From a virus: a stretch of 64,000 nucleotides of DNA. A model generated the notes under the pieces. That model saw only the letters and a program-made list of their open reading frames with translations. It did not search any database and was not told the DNA's origin. A program made the translations under genes and the position numbers. Shown here piece by piece: positions 57,872 through 64,000 of the stretch. Each line of letters begins with the position of its first letter. The first letter of the stretch is position 1. Location: the IMG/VR virus record IMGVR_UViG_3300009506_000005, positions 32,001 to 96,000 of that record. One strand, 5' to 3'.

Positions 57872-58981
57872 GTGGATTTTCTGGACCACTTGGCGAGCAT
57901 CGAGAAGCAGGTCACGCGCCTGTTGGACATCGAGGTCAAGGAGGTCTCTGTTGTGGACCGTGCGGCCAACAAGCGCCGCTTTCTCATCGTCAAAAGGGAG
58001 GACGACATGCCGGATCCCATCGGTAAAGAAGTGAAAGAAGACGGGCAGGGTAACCTCTCGACCGAGGAGGACAAGATGGAGGAGGAGGACGAGAAGAAGG
58101 CAGACGCCCCTCTTCACGCCAAGCTCGCCGGCGAGGCGATCGACTCCCTCATCATGAAGGTGACCGGCCTGCGGGAGAAGCTCACGAGCGGCATGGCCAC
58201 TCTGGAGGAGATCAACGACCTGAGCAGCGCCTTCTGGCCGCTCATGGACTCCCTGCGCTCGGCTGCGGTGGTGATCGCCAAGGCCGACGTGGAGAAGGCC
58301 GACATGGAGATCCCGAAGCCCGTCAAGGAGGCTGTCCTGCGGACGGCCACCGAGGCGATGGAGCGCCTGCTCTCGGCTGTCAACGGTCTCAAGGAGGCCC
58401 AGACGAACGATGAGCAGTCCGACGCCCCGCTGCCCGAGGAGTACACCAAGGAGTTCAGCGCGATCGCCGGGCTGCTCTCCGGAATCTCCGAGAAGTACCC
58501 GTCGCCGAAGTCCGCCGCCTGCGGGGACAAGGAGAAGGCGAAGAAGGGCGACGCGGAGAAGTCCGATGCCATGGAGAAGGTCATCGACAAGCTCGATGCC
58601 ATCTCCAAGAAGGTGGACAGCGCCCTCTCCAGCGTGAAGAAGGTGGACGAGGAGGAGGAGAAGAAGGGCGACTCCAAGGAGGAGAAGGGCGGCGAGGGCG
58701 AGGAGGAAGAGAAGCCGAAGGCAGAGGAAGGCAAGAAGCCCGAAGGCGACGGCGAGGCCAAGGAGGTGGAGAAGGCCCTGGCCAAGCGCGACAAGGAGAT
58801 CACCGATCTTCGCGAGCAGGTCGCGAAGCAGGCGGAGAAGATCACCGCACTCGAAGAGGCGGATATCGCCCCCAACTCGTCAGCCCCCGAGGGCGTGGCG
58901 AAGATGGAGGAAGAGGATCCGTGCTGGCGAAGTGACATGGCGGACGAGTCCGAGGTGGACGCGGACGTTTCCTTCGATTAG
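57872..58981 (+). CDS. Capsid scaffold protein with an N-terminal protease strand (EVSVVDRAAN)
   Basis: Directly upstream of the capsid; charged coiled coil; protease-type motif. Confidence 0.8.
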   Translation: MDFLDHLASIEKQVTRLLDIEVKEVSVVDRAANKRRFLIVKREDDMPDPIGKEVKEDGQGNLSTEEDKMEEEDEKKADAPLHAKLAGEAIDSLIMKVTGLREKLTSGMATLEEINDLSSAFWPLMDSLRSAAVVIAKADVEKADMEIPKPVKEAVLRTATEAMERLLSAVNGLKEAQTNDEQSDAPLPEEYTKEFSAIAGLLSGISEKYPSPKSAACGDKEKAKKGDAEKSDAMEKVIDKLDAISKKVDSALSSVKKVDEEEEKKGDSKEEKGGEGEEEEKPKAEEGKKPEGDGEAKEVEKALAKRDKEITDLREQVAKQAEKITALEEADIAPNSSAPEGVAKMEEEDPCWRSDMADESEVDADVSFD

Positions 58982-59050
58982 CGAGCGGACGAGGTAAAGG
59001 TCAAGAGAGACGATCAACAGAGCGAACAACTAGAAAGACGGAGGAAACAA

Positions 59051-59986
59051 ATGAACGACAACCGCTCGATCATCGAAAAAGCGGACCTCGCCGTAAGCGA
59101 TCTGATCTCGGGAGGGGGCTATCTCCAACCGGCACAGGCGGCGAAGTTCATTCGGCTCTTGATCAAGGAGAGCTCGGTCATGAACATGGCGTCGGTCAAG
59201 CCGATGAAGGCCCCGAAGGAGCTGATCGAGAAGATCCGCTTCGGTTCCCGGGTCCTGCGCGCTGGCACCGAGGCCGTGGCGCTTCCGGTGGCGGACCGGG
59301 TGAAGCCGGACCTCACCAAGACGGAGCTGGACGCCAAGCTGTTCAAGGCGGAGACGCGGATCAGCTACGAGGCGCTGGAGGACTCCATCGAGAGGGGCCA
59401 GCTCAAGAACACGATCATGCAGGAGCTCGGCAAGGCCGTCGCCCGGGACATGGACGAGGTGATCGTGAACGGCGACACCGCGAGCGCCGACACCTTCCTC
59501 GCGCAGCTCGACGGCCTGCTCAAGCAGACCACGAGCAACGTGACGGACGCCCTGATCGCCCCGCTGGACAAGGACATCCTGCGGGACATGCTCAAGGCGA
59601 TGCCGAGCGAGTGGCTCCGCGACAAGAAGGCGATGCGGTTCATCACCTCCGTGGACGCCCTGCTCGACTACCGCAACACGCTCGCGGACCGCGAGACCGT
59701 GGCCGGGGACCGGTGGCTCACCGAGGACGTGCCGATCATGTACTCCGGTGTGCCGCTCGTGGACGCGCCGCTCTTCCCGGAGAACCTCGGCGCGGGGAGC
59801 AACGAGACGAACGTCCTGCTCTCCGACCCGAAGAACATCCAGGTCGGCATCTGGCGGCAGATCCGCCTGGAGACGCAGAAGGACGCCCCGGCCGGCGTGC
59901 TCATCATCGTGGCGACCCTCCGCTTCGACGTGAAGTGGGTCGAGGAGACCGCCGCGGTGAAGTGCATCAAGGTCAAGGTGGCCTAG
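59051..59986 (+). CDS. Major capsid protein (HK97 fold, XkdG-like)
   Basis: [35 protein letters not shown]; strong codon bias. Confidence 0.92.
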   Translation: MNDNRSIIEKADLAVSDLISGGGYLQPAQAAKFIRLLIKESSVMNMASVKPMKAPKELIEKIRFGSRVLRAGTEAVALPVADRVKPDLTKTELDAKLFKAETRISYEALEDSIERGQLKNTIMQELGKAVARDMDEVIVNGDTASADTFLAQLDGLLKQTTSNVTDALIAPLDKDILRDMLKAMPSEWLRDKKAMRFITSVDALLDYRNTLADRETVAGDRWLTEDVPIMYSGVPLVDAPLFPENLGAGSNETNVLLSDPKNIQVGIWRQIRLETQKDAPAGVLIIVATLRFDVKWVEETAAVKCIKVKVA

Positions 59987-60071
59987 AGCGCTTCTTCCCC
60001 GGGGAGAAGGTAACCAAGAACGAACGGGGAGCGCGTCGGTTGGCGTGCTACCCGAAGAAGGAGAGTGAAAG

Positions 60072-60401
60072 ATGGCCCTCACCAACGTAGCATCGCAGAC
60101 CCCCTCCGGCGGCCAGCCGTCCGCACCCCTGCGCGCGGACCGCGTGACGTTCAGCGGAGACAACGCCTACCCCGCCGGCGGGACGCCGGACATGCCGACC
60201 GAGCTCAAGGCCGCGTTCCCCAAGATCCTGCCCACGATCGTGGACATCACGGGGCGGGACTCCACGGGGCAGTACGCCCTGTCGTGGGACTCGGCGAACC
60301 AGAAGCTCCAGATCCTGGACATGAGCGCCACTCCCCCGGCGGAGGTGGCTCCGGGCGATCAGTCCGCCCTCACGTTCCAGGCGACCGTCCTGAGCAAGTA
60401 G
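60072..60401 (+). CDS. Probable head decoration protein
   Basis: Follows the capsid gene; TFSGDNAYPAGG. Confidence 0.6.
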   Translation: MALTNVASQTPSGGQPSAPLRADRVTFSGDNAYPAGGTPDMPTELKAAFPKILPTIVDITGRDSTGQYALSWDSANQKLQILDMSATPPAEVAPGDQSALTFQATVLSK

Positions 60402-60424
60402 CTCCGGCTGGTTGAGAGCACAAC

Positions 60425-60457
60425 AAGAGGGGGCGGCGTGAGCCGCCCGCCTCTTTT
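60425..60457 (+). terminator. Rho-independent terminator
   Basis: AAGAGG-GGGCGGC-GTGA-GCCGCCC-GCCTCTTTT. Confidence 0.7.
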
Positions 60458-60498
60458 CCCGCCTTCATGGCGGCCAGGTAAAGAAGAAAGGACCGATC

Positions 60499-60972
60499 AT
60501 GGCCAAGACTGAGAAGGTTTTAGCGCGTCTCAAGCCCTACAACCCGAAGCGTGGACACGTGATGCAGCGCTACGTGGCGAAGGGCGCCCGCTTCCTCGCC
60601 GGAGTGTGGTACGAGGTTCCGAAGTCCCTCGGGGACTACCTCGCCGAGGTGACTGAGCAGGACCAGGACCCCGATTCCCCCCTCGCGTTCGACGTGGGCG
60701 ATCTGGAGCATGCCCGCGATGTGATGCGGCGCGAGAAGGAGGAGGAGGAGCGGCGCCGGCGCAGGGTCACTGGGACCAAGGTGCGGCAGACGGGCAAGGA
60801 CGGCGTCGTCCGGGAGATCAACCTGGACGAAGAGGACGAGTTCGAGGAGGAGGATGAGCACGCAGCTGCTCTCACCACGGCCGACCTCGAACCCAAGAAG
60901 CCCAAGGCGAAGAAGAAGCCGGCGCCGCGGAAGAAGACCACGAAGAAGGGCGGACGCTCCTCGCGTAGGTAG
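60499..60972 (+). CDS. Hypothetical protein (acidic then basic tail)
   Basis: SD AAAGGA; codon bias. Confidence 0.65.
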   Translation: MAKTEKVLARLKPYNPKRGHVMQRYVAKGARFLAGVWYEVPKSLGDYLAEVTEQDQDPDSPLAFDVGDLEHARDVMRREKEEEERRRRRVTGTKVRQTGKDGVVREINLDEEDEFEEEDEHAAALTTADLEPKKPKAKKKPAPRKKTTKKGGRSSRR

Positions 60973-60983
60973 GGGAGGTTCCT

Positions 60984-61412
60984 ATGCCTCCTGTCTCTTC
61001 GGTACTGGATCTCCGTAATCTGGCGGGCTCCATGCTCGCCACGGTCGCTCCCCTGGCAGTGTTCATCGACGATCCCTGGAGCGCAGCTGTCGGGCTCTCT
61101 ATCCAGCTTCCTGGCGGAGCGGTTGTTAGGGTCGGGGAGAGGGCCCTGGAGCAGGCCCTCGAAGGTCAGGAGGATGAGGCATCTCCAGCGGGGATGTTGG
61201 TCCCGGCCGTGATCGATACGGTGGACTTCCCGCCGGCGCCGATCTTGATCCCTCTCTACGACTTGGAGCACTCGTTCAACGTGATCGAGCGGAAGCCCGA
61301 AAGAACCCCTGCTTCCTGCCAGCATGGAGAGATCGATCTGTCTTGCCGTGCCTGCTACGCGAGGTGGTGGAAGCAGCGCGCCAGGGAGGAGGGGCTGATC
61401 GATGGGTCATAA
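60984..61412 (+). CDS. Hypothetical protein
   Basis: SD GGAGGT; C-terminal CQH..CRAC. Confidence 0.5.
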   Translation: MPPVSSVLDLRNLAGSMLATVAPLAVFIDDPWSAAVGLSIQLPGGAVVRVGERALEQALEGQEDEASPAGMLVPAVIDTVDFPPAPILIPLYDLEHSFNVIERKPERTPASCQHGEIDLSCRACYARWWKQRAREEGLIDGS

Positions 61413-61791
61413 AGCGCGGAGAATGGCCCGTAAGCGGCGGAAGGCCGAGGCCAAGGCGAAGGTCGCCAGGGAGATGGAAGAGCTGGCAGGAGGCAACCTG
61501 AGCGATCCTGGGGCGGCTCTGGGCACACCGAGGATGGAGTTGAGCGAGAACGTCGACCTGACCAAGGCGAGCCCATCTTGCATCCGCTGTCATGGGACGG
61601 GAATCAGGGGTGCTCAGCACGTGCAGACGGTGGAGGGTGTCGAGAGGATACCGATCATCTGCCGATGCGTGACGAGAAACGGTGGCGTGAAGCTGCGTGG
61701 GGCCGAGAGGATCAGCGCGGAGATCGCGAAGAAGAACGCCGATGCCGCGACGGAGATCGCCTCGCAGATGGACCCGGAGATAGAGGCATGA
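61402..61791 (+). CDS. Hypothetical protein with a DnaJ-like Zn motif
   Basis: CIRCHGTG...ICRC. Confidence 0.55.
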   Translation: MGHKARRMARKRRKAEAKAKVAREMEELAGGNLSDPGAALGTPRMELSENVDLTKASPSCIRCHGTGIRGAQHVQTVEGVERIPIICRCVTRNGGVKLRGAERISAEIAKKNADAATEIASQMDPEIEA

Positions 61792-62054
61792 GCGACTGGG
61801 AGGGCAAGGAGTACCATTTCAATGCCGAGGCCGATTCTGTGGCCGCGGCCGGGCTCCTTAGCTCTGGGGAGATCATCAAGCATCGTGGAGGTGCCCTTGT
61901 TCTTCGTTGCCCGTCCTGCAACTCGATGCAGTTCGCCGTGGCGGAAATAGACGGTTCGGATGAAACACCGACGATCAAGACGCCTATCTCCTGTGCCTGT
62001 ACTCGCTGTTCTGTGGAGTTCAGGATCAGGCATGGGAAGGCTGTCCGGGAGTAG
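61788..62054 (+). CDS. Small Cys-rich protein
   Basis: ATGA coupling; CPSC, CACTRC. Confidence 0.5.
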   Translation: MSDWEGKEYHFNAEADSVAAAGLLSSGEIIKHRGGALVLRCPSCNSMQFAVAEIDGSDETPTIKTPISCACTRCSVEFRIRHGKAVRE

Positions 62055-62111
62055 CCACCCCAGATCGTCAGGTGATGAGATCGCATGGCTCACTAGGTAA
62101 AGGGGTGACAG

Positions 62112-62483
62112 ATGGTGGACGGAACGGCGAGAGCGCCGGTTGTGAAAACCACGAGGGATTTGGCCATTGCCGGGTTTCTGTACATGCATGGGCTTCCACT
62201 TCGGAAGGCGGCGAGACAGGACAGGGAGTTCCTGTTCCAGTTCGACGACCCGCCTGACGAGGCGCATCCAGATGGGCGCTGGGAAGAGCTCCACATGGCG
62301 TTCGCGAACTCGGAGTGCGCACGGTACGATGCGTCCATACGCGGGTTAAAGAAGATGGTGAACCGCGAGGGGGCAGAGGCGGTGGAGGATGCGAGAGGGT
62401 TTTCTAACGGCCATCGGAGCAAGCGCAGGAGAAGGCGGTACAACTCTCAGGCGCGGAACGCCAATGGAAACGGGAATCAGTAG
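62112..62483 (+). CDS. DUF5659-like protein
   Basis: TTRDLAIAGFL...FLFQF. Confidence 0.6.
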   Translation: MVDGTARAPVVKTTRDLAIAGFLYMHGLPLRKAARQDREFLFQFDDPPDEAHPDGRWEELHMAFANSECARYDASIRGLKKMVNREGAEAVEDARGFSNGHRSKRRRRRYNSQARNANGNGNQ

Positions 62484-62538
62484 CGCGATATCGCCATGGA
62501 GGCGCAATGGATCGCGAGGCATAAGGCTGGAACTGTGA

Positions 62539-62889
62539 ATGTGGCCAAGGAACCCATTCTTTCGACCCGTTCTCCGCAGGGACTTGCTGGACAACAGCAC
62601 GGACTTCATCGTCGTGGGGGACAAGACGAAAGAGCGGAAGGTGGTCCTGGACTACTCCTACGAGCTGCCCATCGCGGGCAAGGCCATCACCGGGACGTTT
62701 GTCTTCAACCACGACGGAACCAGCGTGGACCTCGACAACTGGTACAGCTTCCTAGACAAGTCGATCACGAAATCCGTGACGTTTGGCGCGGTCCTCTCGG
62801 GATCGGAAATACGCTTGACCATCGTGACAAACAGCGTTGGGGAAAACCCTACAATAAGATACCGCCGCAGTAGCATCGGCGTTGCATAG
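62539..62889 (+). CDS. Hypothetical virion-region protein
   Basis: Beta-rich ORF in the structural module. Confidence 0.55.
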   Translation: MWPRNPFFRPVLRRDLLDNSTDFIVVGDKTKERKVVLDYSYELPIAGKAITGTFVFNHDGTSVDLDNWYSFLDKSITKSVTFGAVLSGSEIRLTIVTNSVGENPTIRYRRSSIGVA

Positions 62890-62898
62890 GAGGAATCG

Positions 62899-63723
62899 AT
62901 GACGAGTCACAACCACGGGCTGATTGGGATCAATGGGAATGTCGAGTTCGGACAGGATGGGCCGAGAGTCAAGGACGATGCTTCTGGGGCGGCGATGGGC
63001 ATCCGCAACTCTGCGGATGACGCCTACATCCCGCTGCGCGTCGGTTCCCCTCTGAGCGAGGACGATGCCGTCTCCAAGAAGTATCTGGAGACGAGAGCCA
63101 ATGCGATCGTCACCGGGCAGATCGATGGCACGTCACCTCCATCTCCCGGGACTCCAGGGAGGCTGTGGATCTGCACGACGGCCGGCGGATCGTTCACGCT
63201 GAAATACCTCTACTACGATACCGGCAGCGCCTGGGATGAGATCGCCCCACAAGAGGGTCTCACGATGCGCGTCACGGATGCCTTGACTGGCGGCACGGAC
63301 GAGTATCTCGCAGATCATATCTACGTCTGGGACGAGGATGGCAGCGTGTGGAAGGACATGGGGCCGAACCCCGCCGAGTCCAACACGCTCAAGGGGTACC
63401 CTGTCGTACTGGATTACACGGACGTGGGCGCGAACCTCATCGTGAAGGTTCCCTCCGGTGCGCGCGTCCTGCGGTGGAAGGTGTACGTCAGCCAGGTGTT
63501 CGATGGCGTCACACCGCAGGCGGAGATCGGCGATGCCACCGACCCGGATCGCCACGCGCCGGCGAACGAGATAAACCTCAAGAAGGTGGGTCTCTACTAT
63601 GGTGAGCTCCTGTATCTGTATGGTGCGGCGACAAACGTCAACCTGACGCTGACCATCGGTGGAACCCCGAGCCAGGGTCAGCTCACGGCGTACCTGGAGT
63701 TCGTCAAGCCAGTGGGGATCTAG
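62899..63723 (+). CDS. Virion structural protein (fiber/decoration-like)
   Basis: DAVSKKYLE motif; G/T/D-rich beta composition. Confidence 0.65.
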   Translation: MTSHNHGLIGINGNVEFGQDGPRVKDDASGAAMGIRNSADDAYIPLRVGSPLSEDDAVSKKYLETRANAIVTGQIDGTSPPSPGTPGRLWICTTAGGSFTLKYLYYDTGSAWDEIAPQEGLTMRVTDALTGGTDEYLADHIYVWDEDGSVWKDMGPNPAESNTLKGYPVVLDYTDVGANLIVKVPSGARVLRWKVYVSQVFDGVTPQAEIGDATDPDRHAPANEINLKKVGLYYGELLYLYGAATNVNLTLTIGGTPSQGQLTAYLEFVKPVGI

Positions 63724-64000
63724 TGACGGATCCGAAGGCCACCTCTGCGAACGGAACGAGCCAGACCAACTGGGAGGTGGGTCCTGACGCAACGCATGGC
63801 GTGAAGAGAGAGAACGGGGAGCTGGCCCTGTACGATCCGGTCAGCGGAACCAGGAAGATGACGGAGCTCGGTGCCAACTCACCTCTCGTGTTGACCTTTC
63901 AAGCATTCCCAACGGCCAACGGTATCATCAACCTCGTTGGTGGTTACGAGCAGACGGATGCTGCGGCGGTCGTGACGAGTGCAGCGCCGTACACATCGGC
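63723..64000 (+). CDS. Virion-region protein, truncated by the window end
   Basis: GTG overlapping the upstream TAG; frame open to the end. Confidence 0.5.
   Translation, partial: MTDPKATSANGTSQTNWEVGPDATHGVKRENGELALYDPVSGTRKMTELGANSPLVLTFQAFPTANGIINLVGGYEQTDAAAVVTSAAPYTS

Noticed and set aside
57669-57872. Stop readthrough fusing the protease to the scaffold
   Set aside because: The ORFs are in different frames, and promoter-like elements lie between them
1-64000. Stop-codon reassignment, DGR or retron
   Set aside because: Conserved genes are intact in code 11 and end in TGA, TAG or TAA; no reverse transcriptase motif was seen

Overview
This is a 64 kb section of a GC-rich tailed dsDNA phage (Caudoviricetes) genome. 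No host genes were recognised; the Fis-type HTH and sigma70-like promoters loosely suggest a Gram-negative host. Positions 1-27.7 kb are a rightward replication/accessory arm: DnaB, amidase endolysin, RuvC-like resolvase, solo TSCPD domain, DUF5131, RlaP-like nucleotidyltransferase, ASCH, Ead/Ea22 and many small coupled ORFs. Positions 27.4-30 kb hold a probable small terminase and a ~1.3 kb non-coding segment with a C-rich to G-rich strand switch and five ~20 bp iteron-like repeats (origin or packaging site). Positions 30-46.5 kb are an early/accessory block of alternating orientation: tRNA-fMet, DenV-like glycosylase, amidoligase plus tandem GGCT, Rmf-like proteins, a candidate anti-Shine-Dalgarno sRNA, a methylase and a tyrosine recombinase. 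Positions 46.5-64 kb are the head module: TerL, portal, MuF, scaffold, HK97-fold capsid and further virion genes. The standout is a 1629 aa ORF in the prohead-protease slot that strings together a Dam-like methylase, a nucleotidyltransferase, LigD-type 3'-phosphoesterase domain(s), an ATP-dependent DNA ligase and an XkdF-type maturation protease. Its domains are separated by a recurring hydrophobic-x-Lys motif that also precedes the capsid body, and the protease's EVSVV strand sits in the next gene. I infer a capsid-delivered DNA end-repair and protection polyprotein. All family calls come from motif recognition by eye; no searches were run.
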